DNA of 64,000 bases. It comes from an uncultured delta proteobacterium. GTDB taxonomy: Bacteria > Myxococcota_A > Polyangia > Polyangiales > Houyiibacteriaceae. A model generated the notes under the pieces. That model had not been told where the DNA came from and did no database searches. It saw nothing but the letters and a program-made list of their open reading frames with translations. The stretch covers positions 160,001 to 224,000 of the forward strand of contig CAVOVB010000005.1 in assembly GCA_963699755.1 (NCBI GenBank), written 5' to 3'. The position numbers and the translations under genes were made by a program. Positions 29,674 through 39,873 of this stretch are shown piece after piece; within the stretch, counting starts at the first letter, position 1; each line of letters opens with the position of its first letter.

Positions 29674-30227
29674 AACCGGTCGATCGATCCGAGGTGCTCG
29701 ACTACGTGAGCTACGGCGAGCAGCGTGAACAGATTCGCGCCTCCGCGCTTCATGCGAAGTCGGTGCGCCGCATCCTCGTCGGCGAATATTTCACCTTTCT
29801 CTTCGAGAATCGCGAGACCGTTCGATATCAGGTCCAAGAAATGATGCGCATCGAGCGCATCGTCAAAGAGGCCGATATCCAGCACGAGCTCGACACTTAC
29901 AACGAGCTGATTCATCCGAAGGGAACAGTCGGTTGTACGCTCATGGTCGGCATCGACGACCAGGCGGAGCGCGACGTGAAGCTCCACGCCTGGATGGATC
30001 TCAATCAACACATCTACGCCAAGCTGCGCGACGGCACCCTGGTGCGGCCAAGCTGGGATCCTCGGCAGGTGGGCGACGATCGCCTCTCGACGGTCCAATA
30101 CCTTTCGTTCGAGATCGGCGAGGAGCCGCCCATCGCGATCGGCATCGGGATGCCGGGAATCGAGGCGGAAACCGAGCTCTCCGTGTCCCAACGAGATGCG
30201 CTCCGCGAGGACCTGACGGCGAGCTAG
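29670..30227 (+). CDS. DUF3501 family protein
   Basis: RRILVG...FLFENRETVRYQVQEMMRIE...ELDTYN; third gene of the rubrerythrin operon. Confidence 0.85.
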   Translation: MKPVDRSEVLDYVSYGEQREQIRASALHAKSVRRILVGEYFTFLFENRETVRYQVQEMMRIERIVKEADIQHELDTYNELIHPKGTVGCTLMVGIDDQAERDVKLHAWMDLNQHIYAKLRDGTLVRPSWDPRQVGDDRLSTVQYLSFEIGEEPPIAIGIGMPGIEAETELSVSQRDALREDLTAS

Positions 30228-30321
30228 CGCGGTCCGCTGCAAGAGCGGAACACAAGATCGACGCCAACTGTACTTGTCAGCAGGCCCAGGAGCCTTAACT
30301 TCTCACCCTAGGAGTACGTGA

Positions 30322-31155
30322 ATGCTGAGAATTCTGCTGTTTCTGGCAACAAACCTCGCCGTCATGTTCATGGCGGCGATCGCAATGGCGGTCCTCACCG
30401 CCCTTGGGGTGATTCCACCGGATGCGCCCTATGTGGCAATGCTGGTTTGGTGTGCGCTCTTCGGGTTCGGAGGCGCCATTTTTTCGTTGGCGATCTCGAA
30501 GTGGGTCGCGAAGCGGTCTACGAGGGCCCACGTCATCGAGAAACCCTCAAACGACATGGAGCAGTGGTTGTACAGCACGGTGCAGCGTCAGGCCGAGCAG
30601 GCAGGAATCGGCATGCCCGAGGTCGCGATTTTCGACTCGCCCGATCCAAACGCATTTGCGACCGGGATGTTTCGTAACAGCGCGCTCGTGGCCGTGAGCA
30701 CAGGCCTCTTGCGCCTGATGAACAAGGAGGAAGTCGAAGCGGTCCTCGGCCACGAGATCTCGCATGTAGCCAACGGTGACATGGTCACCCTGACGCTCAT
30801 CCAGGGTGTGCTCAATACCTTCGTCCTCTTCCTTGCCCGAATCATCGCCAGCCAATTCGAGCGCGGGAGGTTTTTCATCTACATGGCCCTGCAAATGGTG
30901 TTCGGCATCCTAGCGAGCATCATCGTGGCTTGGTTCTCTCGGCGCCGGGAGTTCAGGGCGGATGCCGGAGGCGCCAAGCTCCAAAGCTCCGCAGCGATGG
31001 CTTCCGCTCTCAATCGGCTCAAAGCCATGCGGGATGCGCCCTCGCAGCTCCCAGACAATCTAACCGCCTTTGGTATCCGCGGCGAAGGAATGCTCAAGCT
31101 GATGGCGACCCACCCTCCCCTCGAAGAGCGAATCGCGCGGCTCCAGGCCGGCTAG
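30322..31155 (+). CDS. htpX: Zinc metalloprotease HtpX (M48)
   Basis: RILLFLATN, PNAFATG, HEISH, SRRREFRAD, THPPLEERI. Confidence 0.93.
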   Translation: MLRILLFLATNLAVMFMAAIAMAVLTALGVIPPDAPYVAMLVWCALFGFGGAIFSLAISKWVAKRSTRAHVIEKPSNDMEQWLYSTVQRQAEQAGIGMPEVAIFDSPDPNAFATGMFRNSALVAVSTGLLRLMNKEEVEAVLGHEISHVANGDMVTLTLIQGVLNTFVLFLARIIASQFERGRFFIYMALQMVFGILASIIVAWFSRRREFRADAGGAKLQSSAAMASALNRLKAMRDAPSQLPDNLTAFGIRGEGMLKLMATHPPLEERIARLQAG

Positions 31156-31216
31156 TCGGCAGGCGAATAGTTCCCGGTTCTTGCCATGAGGCCGGACCTT
31201 CGGTAGGACCCATCTC

Positions 31217-32119
31217 ATGGGGGCGCGGGGTTCGGTTTGTTGGGTCGCGATACTGGGCGTGATGCTGGTGGGCTGCAAGGAGGCCGAGCCGCGTCTCGAG
31301 CAAATCGAGATCGCTCCGGCACACCGGAGCTGCGAAGAGGGTGATGCATGCGGGGTCGTCGAAACGAGCTGCACGTCGCAGGGCTGTAAGTGCGGCGTGG
31401 CGGTCAATGTGGCGCATCTCCTCGACTACCAGAAGCAGCTTGCCGAGTGTCGCGGTCAAGATGAGCTGGCGACTTGCAATTTCGACTGCAAGAAGCCCTT
31501 TGGCAAATGCTTCAAGGGAGCTTGCGTCCTGACCAGCGAGCCGCCGGAGTTGTTTCGTCGCGGCCGAAGCGTGCAAGCGCTTTGTGAAGGCTCGCGCGGA
31601 ACCTATGTCGGCTGCCCGGAATGCCCGCCGAACGAGCGCTGCGAGTCCTGCAGGCCCTGCGTATGTCCATCCAGCCATCGCTGGACGACCGAAGGCTGCC
31701 GAGCGGTCGTACAGACTGCGGCGAGAGACATTCTGATCGAGACGCGGCCCTCGGTCGTCACTCCCTCCGACGAGGTGAAGACCCGAGTCCACAACAACTC
31801 GAAGCGCACGATCTGGCTGAAGACGATGTGCGGGACTCCGTTCTATCGCGTGCGCAAGAAGGAAGACGCCTGGGAGAAGGGCTACGAGCCCTTCCACGAG
31901 GTCAAATGCCGCCTAGGGTCGGTGGAGATCGCTCCAGGTAAGAATCGCCCCTTCGTCGTCGACAATCTTGCCAAATTCAGGCAGCCCTCCGGCGAAGCCG
32001 CAACGCCCGGGACCTATCGATTCGAAGTGACCTACACGGACGGCACCGACAGCTTCCGGCACAGCGCCAACGTCTACTCGACGCCGTTTGATCTGGCGGC
32101 GAAGCTCTCCAGTCGCTAG
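31217..32119 (+). CDS. Cysteine-rich lipoprotein, hypothetical
   Basis: Signal ending MLVG-C; two Cys-rich modules followed by an Ig-like segment ending PGTYRFEVTY. Confidence 0.65.
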   Translation: MGARGSVCWVAILGVMLVGCKEAEPRLEQIEIAPAHRSCEEGDACGVVETSCTSQGCKCGVAVNVAHLLDYQKQLAECRGQDELATCNFDCKKPFGKCFKGACVLTSEPPELFRRGRSVQALCEGSRGTYVGCPECPPNERCESCRPCVCPSSHRWTTEGCRAVVQTAARDILIETRPSVVTPSDEVKTRVHNNSKRTIWLKTMCGTPFYRVRKKEDAWEKGYEPFHEVKCRLGSVEIAPGKNRPFVVDNLAKFRQPSGEAATPGTYRFEVTYTDGTDSFRHSANVYSTPFDLAAKLSSR

Positions 32120-32168
32120 GCCCGGAGCACGTCTCACAACCCTCGACCGAGGGCTTATCGGACGTGCC

Positions 32169-33152
32169 CTAGTCGACTTCCAGGAAACAGACGCTGAACC
32201 AGTTGCGGTCGTCGCTCCATTGCTTCGTCAGCCGAAAACCCGCCGTCTGGGCGATCTGCTCGAATTGCTCGAGATCGTACTTGTGAGAGTGCTCGGTAAC
32301 GATGTGCTCGCCAGCGGATAGGGTGATTTGAACGTCGCCAACACGAACCGATTGATCGACCTCGCTGACTAGGCGCATTTCGATTCTACCTTCGCTTGCA
32401 AGGTAGGGAGCGTGGTGCCGGAACTTGCTCAGGTCGAAATTGGCGCCGATTCGGTTGAGCCTGTTCAGGATGTTCAGATTGAAGGCGGCGGTGACTCCGA
32501 GCGAGTCGTTGTAGGCACCTTCGATGACCTGGGGGTCCTTTTTCCGATCGATGCCGACGAGGAGGCCTCCACCCTGGCCGACGAGGTCGGCGACGCGCAA
32601 CAGAAAGCTCGTGGCCTCCTCGTGGGTGAAGTTCCCGATCGTGCTGCCGGGAAAGAACGCGACCGTTCGGGCGCTCGGACGGCGGGGACGTGGGAGACGC
32701 AAGGCTTGTGTGTAGTCGGCGCAGACCCCGATCACCTCCATGCTCTCGTAGCGGTCCGCAAGCTGATGCGCCGATGCCTCGAGGGCCTCCCGGCTGATGT
32801 CGATCAGCACACAGCCACTGGGTTCGATCAATGCGTCGAGGAGCTTCTGAGTCTTGAGGCCAACGCCTGAGCCGAATTCGACCAGGGTTGCGTGCGCGCC
32901 AATGTAGCTCGCCATCTCATGAACGGCCCGGGTCATGATCCCGAGCTCGGTGCGGGTGGGATAGTACTCGGGAAGCTCGGTGATCGCTTCGAAGAGTCGA
33001 GCCCCCAATGCGTCGTAGAAGTACTTGCACGGGAGCGCTTTTCGGGGGCGCCGCAAGCCGTGAACCGCTTCTTGCCGCAAGTCGCCGAGGTCCGGGTGAA
33101 GGTCGAGAACCCGAACACGTTCCTCAGTGCTTCGCGGATCGAAAGCGATCAT
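32169..33152 (-). CDS. egtD: L-histidine N-alpha-trimethyltransferase (ergothioneine biosynthesis)
   Basis: KALPCKYFYD..G..LFEAITELPEYYPTRTE, EFGSG, FPGSTIGN, AYND..GVTAAFN, TEHSHKY; start 33152 or 33167. Confidence 0.93.
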   Translation of the reverse strand: MIAFDPRSTEERVRVLDLHPDLGDLRQEAVHGLRRPRKALPCKYFYDALGARLFEAITELPEYYPTRTELGIMTRAVHEMASYIGAHATLVEFGSGVGLKTQKLLDALIEPSGCVLIDISREALEASAHQLADRYESMEVIGVCADYTQALRLPRPRRPSARTVAFFPGSTIGNFTHEEATSFLLRVADLVGQGGGLLVGIDRKKDPQVIEGAYNDSLGVTAAFNLNILNRLNRIGANFDLSKFRHHAPYLASEGRIEMRLVSEVDQSVRVGDVQITLSAGEHIVTEHSHKYDLEQFEQIAQTAGFRLTKQWSDDRNWFSVCFLEVD

Positions 33153-33156
33153 CGAT

Positions 33157-34452
<1,296 letters not shown>

Positions 34453-34458
34453 CGGCAG

Positions 34459-35481
34459 TCATGCCCCGAAGACGCCTTCGACTTGCTGGCTCGCCCTCGG
34501 ACCCCGTTTCCAGACGCCCCGAATGGCGGGAAGGCTTACGAACAGGCCGATGACGGTCCAGGGAACCGTGGCCATGAAATGCCCGGCAATCGCGACCGAA
34601 GCCGCCATTGCTGCATCGACTCCCATCAGCTCCAGTGCATACGCGACCGCGACGTGAAACGTGCCGATGAAACCTGGTGAAGAGGGAACCATGGTGCCGA
34701 TTGAAAGGAAGACCGTCACGATGAGCGAAGCGTATATGGGCAGATCGAGCCCGAAAGCCCAGAGCCAACACTGAATCGTGAGCATCCCGACGAGGCGCGT
34801 GAGCAAGGTGAGCGCGAAGGCCTGAGCGACCGCTCGACTCGAACGCAGGGCACTGAAGCCATCGACGAAGCGTTGCGACTTCTGATAGATCCAAGCTTGC
34901 ATCCTCCGGCCGAAAGGACGCGCAAAGAATACGACGATTCCAGGGAACCGAGATGGGTTGGCGACCAACCAGAAGACACCGAGAAGCGCGCCGATGATCG
35001 CTGCAAGCGCCCAAGCGAGACGGCTATCCCCCGAGAGATCGATCGCCAGCAGCGGTACGGCCGCCGCGAACAGGATCAAAAACGAGATCAGGTCGAGCAG
35101 GCGTTCGAGCGCCACCACTGCGATGGTAGACCCGCGGGAAATGTCGCCAGCCCGAGCGAGAAGGTCCACGCGAACCAGCTCGCCGAGCCGAAAGGGGAAG
35201 ATATTGTTGGTGACGTATCCAGCCAAGGCCGGAGTGAAGCACTCCGCGAAGCTGTAACACCGGAGTGGTCTTAGGAATACCTTGCTGCGCAACGCGCCAA
35301 GCGAAAAGATGGTCCCTTTCGTCAGCAAGCAACAGGAGAGGATCCAGGGGTTAACCGAGGCCAGGGTCGGACCCAGCTCGCTGAGATCGATGCGCCGCAG
35401 GAAGTAGACCGCAAGGATCGCGGAGAGAACGAAGCCCGCGGTCATGAGGACACGTTCCCTGGTCAGCCGGCGTCGCATCAC
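34459..35481 (-). CDS. Lysylphosphatidylglycerol-synthase TM domain (UPF0104/AglD2-like) membrane protein
   Basis: NNIFPFRLGELVR, ERLLD, PSSPGFIGTF. Confidence 0.85.
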   Translation of the reverse strand: MMRRRLTRERVLMTAGFVLSAILAVYFLRRIDLSELGPTLASVNPWILSCCLLTKGTIFSLGALRSKVFLRPLRCYSFAECFTPALAGYVTNNIFPFRLGELVRVDLLARAGDISRGSTIAVVALERLLDLISFLILFAAAVPLLAIDLSGDSRLAWALAAIIGALLGVFWLVANPSRFPGIVVFFARPFGRRMQAWIYQKSQRFVDGFSALRSSRAVAQAFALTLLTRLVGMLTIQCWLWAFGLDLPIYASLIVTVFLSIGTMVPSSPGFIGTFHVAVAYALELMGVDAAMAASVAIAGHFMATVPWTVIGLFVSLPAIRGVWKRGPRASQQVEGVFGA

Positions 35482-37034
35482 TACTCGCCGGCCAGCTCCG
35501 CACGCTGCTCGAAGAAGTCGTAGAGCTCGGGAAGAGACGCGCCTTCATTGCCGAGCGTCCCGGCGGAGATCGACGCTAGCGAGCTACCAATGTACATCCC
35601 TATGGGAAGTGGCTCGCCCGAGAGCTGCGCGAGGCTCGCCCCTGTGAGAAACACGTCTCCGGCTCCGACCGCGTCTACCTCGTTGATCTCCAACGCAGGC
35701 AGGTAGTCGGTCCTCAATCGGTCGCCCTGGCCTTGGGGCGGGTGAAAGCAAAGCGAACCCCGTCGACCCATCGTCACGATGAGCCCCCGAGCACCGCTGG
35801 CGGCGTAGTACCGGCTCGCCAGGTTCGAAAGCCCGCTCTCCGCATCACCCAAGGCAAACCGGAGCTCGTCTTCGGTCGGAGTTGCGAGCTGAGGCCTTCT
35901 GAACTTGAGGATGTTCGCCTGCCCGTTGGTGCTGACATCGGCAAAGTAGGGCTTGCCGCACCGCTCGGCGAGCTTCGGAATCGCGTTGGCGAGCGTCGAC
36001 CCGAACAAGCCATATCCGAAATCGGTCACGACCAATCCATCATGGGCCTCGAGCTGCCCCTGGAGCATCGTAATCAGCTCGTCGCTGGTTTCGATGGGAA
36101 TCGGCGCCGGGTTTCCTCGGTCGACTTTGAAGACCTTTTTGCCACCGACCAGATACCGAGTCTTCGTGTATACCCGGCGTCCTCGGGCCGGCAGGTTGTG
36201 CACTTCAACGCCGGAGCGTTCCAGGCTGCTCCTGATTCGCCCGAATGATTCGTCCTCTTCACAGCATGTGACGAACGTCGGCTTCGCGCCGAGGACGGCT
36301 GCCTGACGCGCGATCAGTCCGGCACCGCCAATGAACCACTCCTCGCTCACCGGCTTTACAGATACGATCGGGCTTTCGGACGCGACCCGCGCGCCTTCGC
36401 AGTGCGCGTACTGATCGAGAATGGCATCACCGAGGACCAGTACCTTGAGGTCGGAGAACGCGGAGATAGCGTTCTTGAGGCGAGCAGGATTGATCGCGTT
36501 GACGCGGCAGAATCGCTGGATCTTCTGCTGCTCCATGTCCAGCGTATTGCGTTTGCGTCTGCCGATCTCGGTCGACGAAAAGATAACGTCTCCCGAACCG
36601 AGGACGACGCGGCCGCCGTAGGCCTCGACGATCTTTTTCTCTTTGGCGAAGCGAGGATCGTTTTTGGACTCGTACTCTCGTCCTTTCACGTAGATGTCCG
36701 GCTGGATTGCCTCGAGGACCGGGCCAGCCCACTCGTCTTCGCTGAGCGCCACGTAGTCCACGCAGCCGAGCTCGGCCAGGTTGTCGAGACGCAAGTCTTC
36801 CGGGATGTAGGGTCGGTCGTATCCCTTCATGACCACGTTGTCTGCGCTCACGGTCACGACTAGTACGTCCCCGAGGCTACGGGCCATTCGCAGGTAGCGG
36901 ATGTGTCCCGGGTGCACGATGTCGAAGCAGCCGTGGCATTGGACTACGATCTTCTCGGCTTCGCGAAGGCGCGCCCTCTCGGCTTGCAGGCTTTCGATCG
37001 AATGGATCTTCTTGTCTGCTTCGGCGCTACGCAT
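35481..37034 (-). CDS. Bifunctional sugar nucleotidyltransferase (N-terminal) / PfkB sugar kinase (C-terminal), HldE-like with reversed domain order
   Basis: HGCFDIVHPGHIRYL, PDIYVKGREY; then GDAILDQY, GGAG, TDFGYG, DAVGAGD. Confidence 0.85.
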   Translation of the reverse strand: MRSAEADKKIHSIESLQAERARLREAEKIVVQCHGCFDIVHPGHIRYLRMARSLGDVLVVTVSADNVVMKGYDRPYIPEDLRLDNLAELGCVDYVALSEDEWAGPVLEAIQPDIYVKGREYESKNDPRFAKEKKIVEAYGGRVVLGSGDVIFSSTEIGRRKRNTLDMEQQKIQRFCRVNAINPARLKNAISAFSDLKVLVLGDAILDQYAHCEGARVASESPIVSVKPVSEEWFIGGAGLIARQAAVLGAKPTFVTCCEEDESFGRIRSSLERSGVEVHNLPARGRRVYTKTRYLVGGKKVFKVDRGNPAPIPIETSDELITMLQGQLEAHDGLVVTDFGYGLFGSTLANAIPKLAERCGKPYFADVSTNGQANILKFRRPQLATPTEDELRFALGDAESGLSNLASRYYAASGARGLIVTMGRRGSLCFHPPQGQGDRLRTDYLPALEINEVDAVGAGDVFLTGASLAQLSGEPLPIGMYIGSSLASISAGTLGNEGASLPELYDFFEQRAELAGE

Positions 37035-38127
37035 GTCTGCGGCTCCAGTCGATCAAGACCTCGATGAGGGCATCCCTCTGAGAGGGCTCGAGCTCGGGCG
37101 TCACCGGTAGGCTCACGATGCGTTGGACCAGGGCCTCGGTATGCCGGAGCTCTGCGCGGCTCGTTCCCTCGAAGGCGCGCTGCTGATGGATCGCAACTGG
37201 ATAGTGGACCTTGGCATCGAAGCCCCGGGACGCTAGGTGCGCGATCAAGGCATCGCGCTCGTCATGGCGGATGACGAACGCGCTGTACGCGGGCTCGGAG
37301 CCTTCGGTGACGCTCGTGAGCTCGAAAAACGGGCGCAACGCTGTCCGGTACGCGGCGGCGTGCTGCCTGCGGCGTGCGATCCAGTCATCGAGATGCGGCA
37401 GCTTCGCGAGTAGAATCGCGGCTTGAAGCGTGTCGAGGCGAGCGTTCTCGCTCGGCACATCGACGTGGTCGCGGTCGCGGTGGCCCAAGGACCTGAGGCG
37501 TCGCAGGAGCACGGCGAGATCTGGGTCGTTGGTCGCGATGAACCCCGCATCTCCACAGGCAGACAAGGTCTTGAGCGGGTGGAGGGAAAAACAGCCCGTG
37601 CCGAAGGAGCCCACGCTGCGACCACGATACGTGGCTCCGATCGCCTGAGCGCAGTCCTCGATGAGGTGCAGGCTATGCGCCCTGCAAAGCTCTTGAATCG
37701 GCTCCATGAAACAAGGAACGCCGCCCAGGTGCACGGGAAGCACAGCCTTGGTTCGCGGCGAGATCGCCGCGGCGAGCAACTCCGGGTCCATGAGGCCCGT
37801 CGCTCGATCGACATCAACGAAGACGGGTGTGGCTCCGACCAGCGAGACGGAGCTAGCCGTGGCGACATACGAATGGGAGACCGTGATAACCTCGTCCCCA
37901 GGGCCAATGTCGAGGGCGCGCATCGCCAAGGTGAGGGCAGAAGTGCCGGAAGACACGCCGACTACGTCCTTGACGCCGAGGCGTCGAGCCAGCTTCTCCT
38001 CCAGCTCGTTCACCTCCGGGCCGTTGATGAACTGCCCATGGCCTAGCACTCGATCCACCGCCTCGAGAATGCTGGGGCGCAGCGCCTGATTCTGCTTGAT
38101 CAGATCGACGTATGGAATCGAAGTCAT
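37027..38127 (-). CDS. DegT/DnrJ/EryC1/StrS sugar aminotransferase
   Basis: SSGTSAL, GPGDEVI, EDCAQAIG, SLHPLK (PLP Lys), RLDTLQAA; ATG 38127 coupled to the upstream stop. Confidence 0.92.
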   Translation of the reverse strand: MTSIPYVDLIKQNQALRPSILEAVDRVLGHGQFINGPEVNELEEKLARRLGVKDVVGVSSGTSALTLAMRALDIGPGDEVITVSHSYVATASSVSLVGATPVFVDVDRATGLMDPELLAAAISPRTKAVLPVHLGGVPCFMEPIQELCRAHSLHLIEDCAQAIGATYRGRSVGSFGTGCFSLHPLKTLSACGDAGFIATNDPDLAVLLRRLRSLGHRDRDHVDVPSENARLDTLQAAILLAKLPHLDDWIARRRQHAAAYRTALRPFFELTSVTEGSEPAYSAFVIRHDERDALIAHLASRGFDAKVHYPVAIHQQRAFEGTSRAELRHTEALVQRIVSLPVTPELEPSQRDALIEVLIDWSRRHA

Positions 38128-39149
38128 GAAACGAGCTTCGTGGTGGATCGCCAAAGCTCCGGACGAGCCTTCATCCACGCAACGTTTCGGTAGATGTTTG
38201 ACCCGCTGTCCAAGACCTGTCCGTTGCGATAGGCCTCGCGCAGCTCTCGAACGGCGACGACCAAATCGTGCCGAGGCTCGAAACCGAGCTCCTTTCGCGC
38301 CCTGTCGGCAGAGAGGTGGTAGGAACGAGGATCATCGGAGGGCACGGTGTCGATCGGCAGCGAGGAGTCGAGCTCGTCCCGAATCATTTCGGCCAGGGCC
38401 ATGACCGAGGCGTTCCTCCGGCTGACGTTGAACGCCCGAGCCGAGATCTTGTCGGCGGGCGCCGTGAGCAGCATGCGGTAGAAGGCCGTCAGGTCGCGAA
38501 TGTGCACATTCGGGCGCATTTGAGCGCCACCAAAGACCCGAATCCGCTGATCGGTCAGGGCCTGGTCGGTCAAGAGGTTGATGGTGAGATCGAGCCTCAG
38601 GCGGGGCGAGTAGCCGCACACAGTCGCGGACCGAACCGAAACACCGACGAACGAGTCGTCCGCCAGACCATTGAGTATCTTCTCGCCCTCGGCCTTGCAC
38701 TTGGCGTAGATGGTAACCGGATCGAGGGAAAGCTCCTCGGTGACGTTTTCCTCTTCTTTGATGCCGTAGACGCTTGCGGATGACGCGTAGAGGAAGCGTC
38801 CCACTCCGTGCTTCTTCGCCGCATGCATCAGGTGATCGACCGCTTGAAGATTCACCGTCTCGGTGACCTCGTGGTCCAGCTCGGAGCTCGGGTCGTTGGA
38901 GATCGCGGCAAGGTGAATCACCGCGTCGAAGTCACCCCGCTCGAGCACCGCGTCGACCGTCGCAAAATCCCGTATGTCGCCACGAATCCTCTCGCATCGC
39001 TCGTGAACGATCGGATCGGAGCCCGGGTCCGTCCCGTACAGAAAGGCATCGAAGACGGTGACATGATACCCCTCTTCCAGCAGCTCCGGGACGAGGACCG
39101 CACCGATGTACCCGGCCCCCCCGGTCACGAGTAATTTCTGGTTCGTCAT
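38124..39149 (-). CDS. NAD-dependent nucleotide-sugar epimerase/dehydratase (extended SDR)
   Basis: TGGAGYIG, HLAAISNDP, ASSASVYG, YAKCK. Confidence 0.9.
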   Translation of the reverse strand: MTNQKLLVTGGAGYIGAVLVPELLEEGYHVTVFDAFLYGTDPGSDPIVHERCERIRGDIRDFATVDAVLERGDFDAVIHLAAISNDPSSELDHEVTETVNLQAVDHLMHAAKKHGVGRFLYASSASVYGIKEEENVTEELSLDPVTIYAKCKAEGEKILNGLADDSFVGVSVRSATVCGYSPRLRLDLTINLLTDQALTDQRIRVFGGAQMRPNVHIRDLTAFYRMLLTAPADKISARAFNVSRRNASVMALAEMIRDELDSSLPIDTVPSDDPRSYHLSADRARKELGFEPRHDLVVAVRELREAYRNGQVLDSGSNIYRNVAWMKARPELWRSTTKLVS

Positions 39150-39199
39150 TTCCGCCTCTCGTCGCCAATACGATATCCTAATCCCCGGATGAATGAAAA

Positions 39200-39871
39200 A
39201 TGACTACATCCGCCGTTCTCTTCGACATGGACGGTGTGCTCGTGGACTCGGCGCCCCTACATGTGCGGGCCTACGAGCAGGTGTTCCGTGACGCTGGAAT
39301 CGAGTTTTCCGCAGCAGCTCGAGACGCGGTTCGCCGAGGGAAACCCCGTTCGGAAGTGATCGACATCGCGGTACCAGGCGCGGGCGCAGCAATCAAGCAA
39401 GCGCTCTTCGACGCCAAGCCGAACGCCGTCGCCAAACTCCTCCAGACCGCGCAAGGTGTGAGCATGCCAGGTGCGGCTCGAACGGTTCGCGCCCTCGCGG
39501 AACGCGGAGTCGCCATGGGGGTCGTCACGAACAGCAGCGCGCCGGAAATCTGGCTGAAGGCCGCTGGGGTCTTGGAGCAGATGAGCGTTTTGGTCACCCG
39601 GAACGACGTTTCGTCGCCCAAGCCATCCCCGGAAGGCTACCTCTTGGCTGCCGAACGCTTCGGGGTTCAAGCATCGGCGTGCATTGCGTTCGAGGACTCA
39701 CTCGACGGCTGGTCGGCCGCGACCGGCGCGGGCATGCGCACCGTGCTCGTGGCCCAGACACGCCCCGCCTGGGCCGCGACGAGCGTCGAGCTGCTGCCCA
39801 CGATGGACGACGCCGCTGTGCTAGCCCTTTGTCTCCCGGCCACCGCAAAGAAGCCTGTCGAGAGACACTAA
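39200..39871 (+). CDS. HAD family phosphatase (beta-PGM-like)
   Basis: FDMDGVLVDS, VTNS, KPSPEGY, FEDS..G. Confidence 0.9.
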   Translation: MTTSAVLFDMDGVLVDSAPLHVRAYEQVFRDAGIEFSAAARDAVRRGKPRSEVIDIAVPGAGAAIKQALFDAKPNAVAKLLQTAQGVSMPGAARTVRALAERGVAMGVVTNSSAPEIWLKAAGVLEQMSVLVTRNDVSSPKPSPEGYLLAAERFGVQASACIAFEDSLDGWSAATGAGMRTVLVAQTRPAWAATSVELLPTMDDAAVLALCLPATAKKPVERH

Positions 39872-39873
39872 GC

